The translations under genes were made by a program, and so were the position numbers. From assembly GCF_037042905.1 (NCBI RefSeq), contig NC_087256.1, positions 11,408,001 through 11,472,000 of the forward strand: a stretch of DNA of 64,000 nucleotides. Reading direction: 5' to 3'. Under the pieces are notes generated by a model. The model did not search any database. It was not told where the DNA came from and worked only from the letters and a program-made list of their open reading frames with translations. The number at the start of each line of letters is the position of its first letter. Within the stretch, counting starts at the first letter, position 1. Shown here one piece after another: positions 49,418-61,515 of this stretch. This stretch comes from Lytechinus pictus. Taxonomy: Eukaryota.

Positions 49418-50036
49418 CCACGGAGCCAGGGATTGTGTCTATGATCTATATCATTATCAAATGTGCGTGCAGGATGGGCAAAATTCCATTTTCCCCACGC
49501 CAAATTCTACTTTCCCTGTATTAATGTCTAGCCCTATATCATGTTAATGGGCTAGAAGTTAGAACTTCATTTCCGACATTTATACATTATTCATTTTATT
49601 TTTAAACAAATATTCATTAAAAAAACTGAGAAAAAAAAATTATGAGAATACAGGAAAAAACTTTCTGATGTTTACATCGCCATTTTGTTCTCTTAGTAAC
49701 TTAGCTACGAGATGCATATAGAGGGCGGCATGATATTGTCGCCCTCTATATATGCGTCTCGTAGCTACTAACAAAGAGAACAAGATGGCGATGTAAGCAT
49801 CGGAAAGTTTTTTTTCCTGTCTTATAATATATAGATCTATATGTATTTTTTAAAATGAATATTTGCTTAAAAATGAAATGAATAATGTATGAATGTTGGA
49901 AATTAAGTTCTAGCCCATTTACATGTACATGATTTAAGGCTAGAAATTTTACAGGGAAGGTAGAAATTAGTGTGGCGAAAATTTGAATTTTGCCCGTCCC
50001 ATGCGCACATGATAAGCACAATCCCTGGCTCCGTGG
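49418..50036. mobile_element. 619-bp near-complete palindrome (foldback MITE, unclassified)
   Basis: CCACGGAGCCAGGGATTGTG ... CACAATCCCTGGCTCCGTGG. The arms pair all the way to a centre at about 49733 (GAGGGCGGCATGATATTGTCGCCCTC). Confidence 0.85.
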
Positions 50037-50374
50037 AGAGTAAGCACACGTTAGTTAATGAACTTTTTCTCTCTAGGAACCTCCTGGCTATGTGTGACAG
50101 AATGAGGCGCTGCTGTATGAAGTGAACAGTTTTTTTTCCCTATTTCATGATAATGAGCTAACAAATGAGTTTTAATCAATTTATTTTATGATTTTTCATG
50201 AGCATAGATCTGAATATAATTTCTTTATTTGAGAAACCACATGACTTATCATGCATGGAATTAACTACACTGTATGCCTAATTCAAGCCTAATTCATACT
50301 GCCTTTTCCATTTGGTGACAGAGTTTGATAGCTTTAACTGAAGACTAGAGGGGGAAAGGGTGGTTTTAACACTA

Positions 50375-50790
50375 GGTGGTTTCAAACCGCCTCGATCACA
50401 ACAATCCCCGTTAAATTACGAGAACATTTTTAGGCTAAAAAATACCCATTAATTATTCCTGCTTCACACCGCCCCGAAACATACCCAAGGCGCGAGATTC
50501 AAAACCACTAGCCCAGTAGCCACCCACGGCGCCCGCGCCCAATGACACGCTGGGCTAAAAGTTCCCGTAAATTGCTTTCACATTGCCAAAATACCTGATC
50601 TTGGAAAAATCCCCGCGAAAGTTCTCGTAATTTCGCCAAGTACCTACTATTTAGCGGGTATTTTCTTTCGGGGAAATTACGCGTAGTTTGCTTTCACGTT
50701 ACCAAAATACCTGGTATTTTCTGATCGGGGTAAATTTCCCGATCAGAGAATACCTGGAACTGACGAACTTCGAGGCGGTCTGAAACCACC
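50375..50790. mobile_element. MITE, copy 1 (internally deleted relative to copy 2)
   Basis: TA|GGTGGTTTCAAACCGCCTCG ... CGAGGCGGTCTGAAACCACC|TA. Near-identical to 58669-59142 but lacks about 55 bp. Confidence 0.9.
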
Positions 50791-50882
50791 TATGATGACA
50801 GTTTTTAATACCGGTACCTATTTTTTTCCTGAACGAAATGAAAATTTTGTTTTTGTGTGCCAGCACGCATGATGAAAACACT

Positions 50883-51210
50883 GTGGCCCGTAATCTGAAC
50901 TCAGGTTTAATTTAAACTCTGGTCTAAAGTTGTGGTTTAACTATGGATAGCCAAATGTTACAGAAATCTCAAAAAGTATGTGTTTGATTTACCAGTTTCT
51001 CACTTGAATAATTCATTATTGTCTTAGAATAACATCGAAAATAGTTTTATTCGCCATTAAACTTAAAGAATGGGGATAGAGCACAGTAAATATACACGTA
51101 AAAATATGTACACAATGGAAATCAAATTTTGACAGTTTTTGCTTCTCATAATTTTGAGTACAAAGTTTAGCCTAAACCATGGTCCAAATTAAACTGACCT
51201 TCAGAATGAA
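50883..51210. mobile_element. MITE (related fragment at about 38280-38500)
   Basis: Shared CAGGTTTAAT.TTAAA..TAAAGTTGTGGTTTAACTATGGA block, with an inverted counterpart near 51170-51210. Confidence 0.55.
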
Positions 51211-52299
51211 TGTCTACATGTAGACCGATGAATTTGAGCTTAAGATACTTAGATTGATTTCTTGTGACATATAATAATCAAGTATGAAATTATCGCTGAG
51301 TAAATAAGTAGGAATTGTGGCCTGAATCATCTTCCAAACTTCTTGGAGATTGGAGAATGGTAGAAATTTACAGCGACTTTTTCTGTTGTGTATGACATTA
51401 CAGGTCGTAAATGGCAGAAAAGTATGAGAGAAAACAAAACTATAAAAATAATTGAATTTCAAGTAACAGTAAAGGCCACCGTGTGGTGTATTGTCGTACT
51501 GGTGAAGTCCAGTGTGCAAGTGCATACATGTACAGCATCTGATAAAAGAAATTCTTACAGCATGCAAATGTACAAAAAATCACAAACAGAGCTGGGGTTT
51601 TTGTACACTACCATTTACGTGTATAATAATATCTTGATTATTAAAGTGAGATGAACTTATAGACAACTACCGGTAAGTCTAGCTCCATGTAATTGTTTCA
51701 ATATTGTAGAGAAAAAAAATATTGTTAAGTATGCAATTACAAAGTATTACTGCAGATTTTTGTTATATTTTGTTTAAAGGAACCTTTGGTAACCCCCCCC
51801 CCCAAGTGCATGTCACTATTCCATTTCATGACTAGATGGTACATTAAGTGAAGAATATGAAATGATTTCACATGACATTTCCAATCAAATTTATCTCCGT
51901 ACATGGATATTTGTGAACATTTCAGATACCGTAGTGATCTTTGTAGCTTTCTGATATCCAACCACTAAATAAAGTATAAAGTATTTAGCCCCCCGGCCCC
52001 CCCCCAAAAAAAAATTACTGAGAAAGGGTGCTAATGATAATGACCAAGCGTTCGAAATTTAAATTTTACAAAGAATCTATTTCAAGTACCGGTACCAATG
52101 TTCTGCCCCAATTTGCCCGGAATCTTTGAGCCCCTGGTGCCCCCAAACTTCTCAGTATTTTTTACCTGAAAATAAAGTTTTACAGAGAGCTTGATATGAT
52201 TTTGTGATGTTTGATATTTATTTCAGCTTTTTATTTGAAATTCAAATTTAAGTTTTATAATGAAATTGAATAATGGAAGTTGGGCAGCACATTGTTTAT

Positions 52300-54679
52300 G
52301 AGCGTGATCGGTTCATCACGGACGGACATTTGATATATTTTGAAAACTTTGAAGGCTTGTAACAAATTAGGAATAAGATGAACATGGTTCCTTTGTGTTT
52401 TATAGTGAAGGGTAGGACAAAGTATGCTGAATGATGAAAAAAGTTTGTTGCCATGGTTACCTACAAACATAGGTAGCCACTAAATGTGCCATATCACGGA
52501 CGGACATGATAGAAATGTGGTTTTCAGAATCTTTGAACATTTTTATTGTTTCTATCTAAATAGCTTAACTTTGACCAATAATTGTTAATGCAACTTACAC
52601 TCAGGATTGTTAGCTTCTATGTTCAGCATATTGAATTCTTAACCAATATCAAACTTCTGAGAGAATTGCAAATATTTTCCATCTCGGACGGACATCTCGG
52701 ACGGACATCACGGACGGACACAATTAAAATACATTGGAAGTACCTTGTAAGAAGTTCTTATTACTTGTTTGGGGGAACAAATGCTATTGTATTGACGATT
52801 TGTACATTTTTTATATGATTCAACAATATTAGTTGCACAATCAAGTTGCTACAACTTGATTTAGTAGCAACATGATTTCTATGCTAGACACACAAAATAA
52901 TCTAGCCATATGATTGCTTTTAAACACAGTTCTTTTCAAAATCAAATATCCTAATGCACATTGTCTTCTTTTAAATTTAGAGAATACTATAGTTGGTACC
53001 AAATCAACATCCAGTGGATCAATGATCATGTTGATACTTTTTATGATATATCATGATGATACATGTTCATACATTTTTAGGCATTAATTTTCGAAGAGCA
53101 CATATTTTTTTAATGTCCATAAAGTAAATCCAAAATATTCACAGGTTGCTGATCATTATGCTTGTTTGGTGGATCAAGTACAACCACAACACTTGTCCAG
53201 GCTCTCTTCAAATTCATCTTTTGTCCATATTAAAGTGGAGACACCCCTTCACATCAACAGCCCTCATGTATTTAGGCCCTGACCGAATCCAAAATTGAAA
53301 TCAGATACCAATTAAACTTCTAAACACTGCAGTGCAAGCTTTATATGAATTGCATGCATTTTCAAGATTACCAGATCAACAATTTGCTCAAAATTAGCTC
53401 CAAAACAGACTTTAAAAAAAAAGGAATTCTTGTACTTTTCACAAGCCTCAAGGACGTGATGTCATGTTCTGTTAGAAGCATTGTGAATCCATAGGTTTGT
53501 ACATGGAAAAAAATGATTTTTTTTTTCCTGCTTATCAGAATATGCATTCTACTTTCTTCTTTTCCATCACTTTCTGCAAGCTTCAATTGATGAAATATAC
53601 AGCTTTTGACTTATTCTTGCTCTATTTCATTTCCTGCTTTTTGGCATACATGTAGCTTCCAACTCTATCTGCATTATGTTTTTTTAAAAATTCCTGACAA
53701 CAATTAAGCCCCAATAACAGCCAAAGAAAGATTTCACAAAAAATTGTGAAGAGTTGTAGGTTTCCATCCATTTGAGTTCTGAATAATTCTCAGTACCATT
53801 TTTCACTGCAAATTGGAACTAAAATTAAATTCATAATCTGCTCAGTATTTGCTCATTGTCTGTCCGTGATGAAATTTATTCCGTCTGCGATTATTTTGAT
53901 TGATTTATGATATGGATAAAATGTATGGATTTTAGATATATTCAAATGAAATGATGTACAGTGTCTAGTGAGATGCTTCTACACACTTCTATTTTTGTTT
54001 CTATTCTGATAAAGAATAAAAAGCTGAATCCATACATATTATCCATATCATAAACTCAATAAAAATGATCACGGACGGACATTAATTTCATCATGGATGG
54101 AAATTTCAAAATGGAATGTTGACATCTACCAGAAAAATTTACTTCCCATATTTTTTCTACTAATTTATGTTTGATGATAGATTAATGCTAAGAGTACAAG
54201 AAAATCCAAACCAAATTGGAGTAACTTTGAAAACAATAAAACTAGAGTGAATTGAATTTGAGTGAATTTACATTGTCCGTCCGTGATGAAATTAATGTCC
54301 GTCCGTGATCATTTTTGATTGAGTTTATGATATGGATAAAATGTATGGATTTCAGCTATGTTCAAATAAAATGATGTATAGTGTTTAGTGAGATACCTCT
54401 ACACCTTTTTATTTTTTATTTCTATTCTGATAAAAAATAAAAAAACTTTTTATATTTTTTTTCATCACGGACGGAAATTTCAAAATGGAAATGTTCACAC
54501 CTACCAAAAAAAATTACTTCCCAATATTTTTTTTCTACTAATTTATGTTTGATAATAGATTAATGTTCAGAGTGCAAGAACATCCAAACCAAATTAGAAT
54601 AACTTTAAAAACAATAAAACTAGAGAGAATTTAATTTGAGTAAAAATGTCCGTCCGTGATGAGAGGTAATAGCACCCCC
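52300..54679. mobile_element. Degenerate DNA transposon with arrays of ATCACGGACGGAC motifs and internal duplication/inversion
   Basis: Motif at 52315, 52493, three tandem copies at 52681-52719, 54068 and 54464, with reverse copies near 54275, 54297 and 54648. Right terminus ..TAGCACCCCC. The left end is not resolved. Confidence 0.6.
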
Positions 54680-55993
54680 ACGAATAAAATGGACTATTCC
54701 AGTACTTTCGGATTTATCAATCTTCATGAAACTGAGTTCTTTGAAACCTGAGATATCAAAGATTATCTTAAAAGCAATTTTGATAAAAATATCTATAAAA
54801 AAAAATTTCACCTCAATGCTAACCCTTAACCGATCATGCTCTTATTTTCTTGTCTGGGTGTTCCGTAAATGGTGGTCACTATATTGTGTGCTTTTTCAAA
54901 TTGTGAAATCCTTCTCATCAAGATTTTAATGGAGAAAAATTATGTTAGAGAAACTGTCAGCAGATATTTTCTTTATACTGTGTGTTGTGCTGTGTTGTGG
55001 TTGTAGGTTGTGTTAGATCAGATACCCCTTTCTCACATTCAAAAAGTGAATTTTCTTGAAGACATGATGTAGGCCTACTATCTCGCCTATTAAAGATTGG
55101 GCTAAATTGCATATTAGCCATCCATCCATTTCTTGTTTTTATTTGGCAGTAAGTCATGAATGACTATTTTTGCCACACACTGTACATGTATGTTAAGTAG
55201 GGTAAACATTTTCTTTATTTCTGTTGTATTTTTTAAATCATTTTTTGCCCCACCTACATGTATTAGTCTAGGGTTAAGCTTAGTCCACTTTAATACTTTT
55301 CTCACATTTTTGCAAAGTGGGCTCACCCTACCAATAGTACGGGACTATATGGCCCTGTTAACTCTCGGTTTGCTAGTTTATTGTGAAAGTCCGGAGTCAA
55401 GAGTCATCGTGAGAACAGAAACCTTGCCAAGCCAAGGGCGCTGCTTCATGTATGTATGCCCTATGTACAATGGAGCCAGCGCTGTTGTCAAATTAGATTT
55501 AAGCACTCATGAATGGCTGCCACTAGTCCGGGGTGAATGGATTTCTTGTGAGAACATCAAATAATTCCTTAGCTAGCCGGGTTTAGGCAGAAAAATTTGG
55601 CCCGTGTGAAAAAAATATACATTATGGAGTTACATGTAAGAATAGAATGAGTTTAAAGTTAGACAGGGGTGAAACCTCAATGTTTTTTAGAAAAGGGTAT
55701 AAGTATTTAGGTATAGTATGATCTCTCTGTGTTCCATATTTACAGAAAGATTAATTTCTAAATTATCGAATGGGATTAAGCTTGTGTACTCACTTGCTAA
55801 TAATGTAAAGTCATACATTTGATTTATCTTCTATTTAAAAAAAAAATCCAAGATGACTCTTTCCAATGTGATGAATTGTTTCATTACATCTTCACTGACA
55901 TGTACATGGAGGCGACAAGTACAGTATTTACACATAGGCCTGTTATGTGCATGAAGCATTCGTAGGACATATTGGTAGCTTATTGCCTTGCAG

Positions 55994-56574
55994 GCTTAAT
56001 TACTTCTCTAAATTCAGTCCCTCTGGTGATATGGAAGCTGGCATACCCTGCAGTGAAATGGATGTGTCTTGGGTGTGTAGGATGATGGCACTGTGACAGT
56101 CTCAGACAAGCAATGGATGCTTTCTCCTCTTCCCATCTCTATCATCCACTTTGGCAGAGAACTTTAGATGAACCTTCCTACATGCATGATGATGGGTGTG
56201 TGTTGTCCGCTCATACTCTAAAAGAATGAGCCATAGAGACACATCAACGCTTCCATCCTCCCGTCTTAGAATCCTATCGTCGAGACGTTCACTCCCACTT
56301 GCACACAGGATATTGCTCCATGTGCTCCTTAAAACTACATGAATACAGTATTCAACAAGCTGCATCTTTATATCCACAAGGAATCAATTATAAATGATAA
56401 AGATATTCTATAATATCCGCATTCATTAATAAGAAGGAAAGCTATGTGTATATTTCTTTGCTGACGTGCCAAACCCTGGATTTATACCTGTGAATATATT
56501 TGCTAGAGGATTTATTATTGGATTTATGTCCATCAGCAGTTCAACAAAGTTGTCCTTGAACTAACTTTCTTCAG
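55994..56574 (+). other. Candidate internal non-coding (5' UTR-like) exon containing several short ORFs
   Basis: ccttgcag|GCT acceptor and CAG|GTATGT donor. Unique, GC-richer sequence. No ATG-initiated ORF that I could see runs through the donor. Confidence 0.35.
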
Positions 56575-58668
56575 GTATGTTGTAGTCTTTTAAGTATGGT
56601 TTTCTTGTTACTTTCCTGGTAATATTAATTAGTGTTTGGTTTAGAATTATGAATTATGATTTTTTTATCATTGTTGATGCTGTTTTGTAGACCTTGAAAT
56701 TTTTGTTTATTCAAGATTTTACTGTATCAAATAGCCTACAGTGTACATGTAAAGATTTTGATTAGCAAACATGAAGACAAAAAATAGGAAAATTATGAAA
56801 CATTTTCACTACTAATTTACAATTTAAACTTCTATCTTATATTACATGCACTGCTATCTTTCGAGTGTATTTCACATTTTTCTTCCCAGAAATTTGTCAT
56901 TACACCTACTTGTATTAGCATATCAAGATGGCAATTTCTCTAAATCGCAATTGACAACTCATATTTTGCAATTGGTTTGTGATTACGATTTAATCAGTTT
57001 GGCCTTCATCGATACTAAAGTGATATTTTAAGGGATTGTTAGCTGAGTTGCGCTGTCTCAAGGTGGGATAGAAGACGCCGCTGGTGCACCCTTGACTCAC
57101 AAAGTTGATTGGCTTGTTTGGATGGAGGAACATCTGTAGACTCCATCTCGTCTAATATCTTATTACGTGCCAGCTTCTAATGAATAATAATAATAGTAAT
57201 GACAGTCCGCGGTCGATAGGAGTTGAATGTTAAAATGTTTAACATTGGCACGTGGTGACAGTGCAGGGGCTTGGAATTGCTCGCTGTGATCGGATTGTAA
57301 TTTTGCGGAATGGTAATGGAAGTTCAAAAATTATGCAGTGCAATTTCTTTCAGTGATCACAATGCCAATTTCCATATTTAGTCAAAGTACACGTATATGT
57401 ACTGTGCTAATTGCTCTTCTATCACTTATTAAAGAATTTAAAGCCCGACAAGGAAAGTTTATAAATAGGCAGCCTACATGTACATGTATAATATATATGG
57501 AAAATCATAATTAAATTCATATTGTTCAGTCATCAATGACATTAATATGATATTACACAACTGACACATTTTTCTGATAAATATTCAACCTTTTCCATGT
57601 TGACAGGTTATAGAACTAGGGTGTAATTCTGCATTATAGTAGCAACCTTTTTAAATGTAAAATGAAATAATACAAGATTGCATCACTTTACAATCAAGTA
57701 GGCCTATGTATGTCCCCAGTATGTGGTTGATGAATTAAAGGGCGAAAGGAAACAAGAATGATGTCATTCACTTGGATTTTGAGCACTCCTTGGAAGTGTT
57801 TCATGAACCAGCTCGTCAGTGATTTTCAGAGACAAATTTGCTCTTAGCCAATCAGATCCAAGGATTTCAGTAGTTTATAACAGTTGCCAGTGAAAATCAC
57901 TTTTTGCTACATGAAATGCAATCCTGAATGTCACATATATCGTGTGTCATTGATGAGATTATGTTCTGAGTGAGTGATTTACTTAAAGATGGGGGGGGGG
58001 GGGGTAGAGGATACTGAACCGTGTCTGCCATCTGTCACACAACACACTCACAGACAAGCGGAAGTTATAGTAATCAGGGCTGATATTTTTGTGAATCGCA
58101 AATGTACAGTATCAGTTACTACATGTACATGTACGAAAATTTTGAGAAAAAAAGTTGACCTAGATATGTACATATACATGTACTTACCAATGTGTTTAGG
58201 ATTACTTTCTGTCTAGGGCTCCCAGGAAAGGAACATCCATCTCTACATGTAATATCACTTTTATAGTGAACAGGTCAATGGATTCATAATTACACTGTAC
58301 ATCAATATCGAGAGTTATTCTTAGACATCTGGGTCAATCAACATATATCTACATGTCCATGTAGGTTCATACTATGAAGGTGTAAACTGTTATTGCAATT
58401 TGTAGAAATTGAAATTCAATGTCGAAAACATTTTAGTCGTGTGTTCTTCGGATACTTGTGATCTGAATGTACATGTATTCTTTTGTCTTCCAGTCTCAGC
58501 AAGTCATAATGTCTCATTCCAAACACACACTGTTTGTTTCACTCATCGCTTCCCAATAAACTCTTGGGAGTTGATGGGACAACATGACCTGTAGGATGGG
58601 TAAGGTCACAATCCATGCTCGTCCTGACATTGATTAAAGAAGGACGCTGCCTGCCACTGCTGTCACTA

Positions 58669-59142
58669 GGCGGTTTCAAACCGCCTCGATCACAAGAATC
58701 CCCGATAAATTACGAGAACATTTTTAGGCTAAAAAATACCCATTAATTATTCCTGCATTCACACCGCCCCGAAACATACCCTTCGGGATAAATTCCTGAA
58801 GTTAGGAGCATGCGCAGTATGGTCTAATAAGCAGGCAAGGCGCGAGATTCAAAACCACTAGCCCAGCAGCCACCCACGGTGCCCGCGCCCAACGACACGC
58901 TGGGCTAAAAGTTCCCGTAAATTGCTTTCACATTGCCAAAATACCTGCGACCTTGGAAAAATCCCCGCGAAAGTTCTCGTAATTTCGCCAAGTACCTACT
59001 ATTTAGCGGGTATTTTCTTTCGGGGAAATTACGCGTAGTCTGCTTTCACATTACCAAAATACCTGGTATTTTCTGATCGGGGTAAATTTCCCGATCAGAG
59101 AATACCTGGAACTAATGAACTTCGAGGCGGTCTGAAACCACC
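58669..59142. mobile_element. MITE, copy 2 (full length, 474 bp)
   Basis: TA|GGCGGTTTCAAACCGCCTCG ... CGAGGCGGTCTGAAACCACC|TA, further flanked by the direct repeat CTGTCAC. Confidence 0.9.
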
Positions 59143-59895
59143 TACTGTCACAGTTGCCCTTTTTGTTGTCATCCTTCGCAAACCTTCATAGAAATGAAAG
59201 GCTGGATAATTAGGAATTTGAATGGAGAACATTGGAAATTATGAATACACCAGTAGATGTTTAGATTTTATTTATTCAGTCCTAGTGTAGTTTATAGTTT
59301 AAAGTAGCAGTTAACATGCTTGGTGGCTGTAAAAAAAAAAAATCAGAAAAATCATGAAATGAACCATATACACCTCTTGAAAGTACAATACATGTACATG
59401 TAAAGGTGTGGATAATGCAAAGCATATTTAATTTTTTAGCTACATGTATGTGTATATACATGTATGTTAATATGCCTGCCTCAAAGTCTGTATGTAAACT
59501 ACAAAAGATTGCATTATGTGCTTTCAAAAGTTTTGCATCTTCTGCTGTGCTGATAAATCATTCAGCTTGAATGCTTCCTGGTGGTGAATTTTGTAGTCAA
59601 GTTACCCGGTACATGTAAATAATCATTGATCAGTTCACACAAATATAGATTCATAATGCCCCTTTAAAAGCTGTTTCCTTTTCCATATTAGGACACTCCC
59701 GTTTTGTGCATTGGTGCATGGAATATATTTCATGTATTATGAACAATTTGAGCATCTTACATACATGTATGTCAGTCCTGGACTCCTGGTATTCATAAAT
59801 GTTCAATAGTGTTCAGTTGCTCTACTGGCCCGGAGGCAATGTCTCTTTCAGTCGAAGATCGTCAATTCTCTATGAAAAGTAAAATTGGTGCTTAA

Positions 59896-60476
59896 AGGAG
59901 AATGAAACTCTTGGAGCAAGTTAGCTTTTGTGAAAGCAGAAAAATCAAAGAATAAGATCAACAAAAGTTTGAGTAAAATAGTAATAGCAATAGAAGAGTT
60001 ATGAGCATTTGAATGTCGAGATCACTAATGCTATGGAGATCCTCCCGTTGGCAACGCGACCAAGATCTATGATGTCACAGATGAACAACCCTCCCCTTTT
60101 GGACACTGAAAATATACCCCAAAACATCTCTTTTTGCTCATTCTAATCATATGACAAACGATTCATCAATGATATAATGTTGTGAAACCTCTGTACTTGT
60201 CCTCTCATAAAGAGAACACCTCACCTTGTGATAGACTCTATAAAAGTGAGAATATAAGTGAAATAAGTAAAGTAATGAGGGAGTTGTACGTATGTGACAT
60301 CACATATCTTGGTCGCATCGCCAATGGGAGGAACTACATGGCATTAGTGATCTCAATATTCAAATGCTCATAACTTTCTTATTATTCATTCAATCTTCCT
60401 CAAACTTTCAACAATATGTTTCTTTGATTTTTCTCTTTGATATGGATTCAGCTGGTTTCAAGGGTTTCATTCTCCT
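59896..60476. mobile_element. Kolobok-like non-autonomous element (TTAA TSD, long TIRs)
   Basis: TTAA|AGGAGAATGAAAC ... GTTTCATTCTCCT|TTAA. Arms pair over about 180 bp (GTTATGAGCATTTGAAT, GAGATCACTAATGC, GCGACCAAGAT, GATGTCACA). Confidence 0.85.
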
Positions 60477-60610
60477 TTAATTATGTCATGCATTGAACTC
60501 AAGGAAACATATTAAATTCATTATGTTTTTGTTTGTCTTGTGATGACACGTAGGCTATTAAAACAAAAGTTTGTGTTCAGTCCTTTACGACATGTACACT
60601 GTAGTCTTGA

Positions 60611-61515
60611 GGCGGTGCTGCACCATCCCGAGTTTGCTCAATCTCTAGATTCTAGCCCGATCGGCCCACTTCGCGATTAATCTCGAGATTCAAGAAACCC
60701 CGTCTCCACCATCGCAAGAAGAGCGATTCCTGCTCGAGCGAGGCAACAAGCCCGATATTCCGAGCATGCGCACTTTCGGATCTTGGAGTTTCAACGGCCC
60801 GCGCTTTTGAATAACTTCCCGCGATATGCAAGCAATGTACTCCTTTCACTAGCACTTTCGCCGAATTCGACCGGTGTTATGCAACAATCCTCTCAGCTCA
60901 GCGAGTGAAGAAGTAATGTATTCTTCGTTAAATATTATGGCGGAGTAGGAGGCAACGACAGAGAGAGAGAGAGAGGGAGAGAAGGAGGAAAGAAATGCTA
61001 TTTGCTCACATTTTGCGAAGGAATAAGACGACACTGCTGTCAGTGTTGTTATTGAATATGACCATCGTCGATGAGCGCCTCCCCCTTCGGTCTGGTCTCT
61101 CCCAAAATCCATTCACTGGTGGGACACCATCGTTGCTGATTAGGCAATTGATGAACGCTATTCGCGATGATATCTATTCGCATGTATAAAGTTGACTTTC
61201 GCACGTGTTTATGTTTTGACCAAGGCGGAAGTGGAACGCGAATTGCATTATGGACTGACGTCATGAATAAATTACCCCGAGTCCAATCTCGAGTGCGTCT
61301 GCACCTACGAATTAGCGGGATAATTCGTAAAATAGCGCGCTATTTTGCAAATAAACCCGAGTTGACTTGGGATTGCAATCTCGAGATTAATCCTACGAAC
61401 TAGCGCGATAATTGCGTCTCCACTGCAAACTATCTCGAGATTTTTCAGATCGGGATAATTTGCCGGATCAGAAATAGCGCGCTAATTTGAAAACTCGGGA
61501 TGGTGCAGACGGCCC
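60611..61515. mobile_element. About 900-bp non-autonomous DNA element (Harbinger-like termini)
   Basis: CTGCACCATCCCGAGTTT ... AAACTCGGGATGGTGCAG TIR, repeated internal TCTCGAGATT motifs, CpG-rich. No clean TSD. Confidence 0.75.

Noticed and set aside
55865-55900. GTGATGA...CTGA box C/D-like pair
   Set aside because: Only about 30 nt apart, too short for a C/D snoRNA.
56102-56377. 91-aa minus-strand ORF overlapping the small-ORF chain
   Set aside because: GTG start, no recognisable homology, and no supporting minus-strand splice signals.
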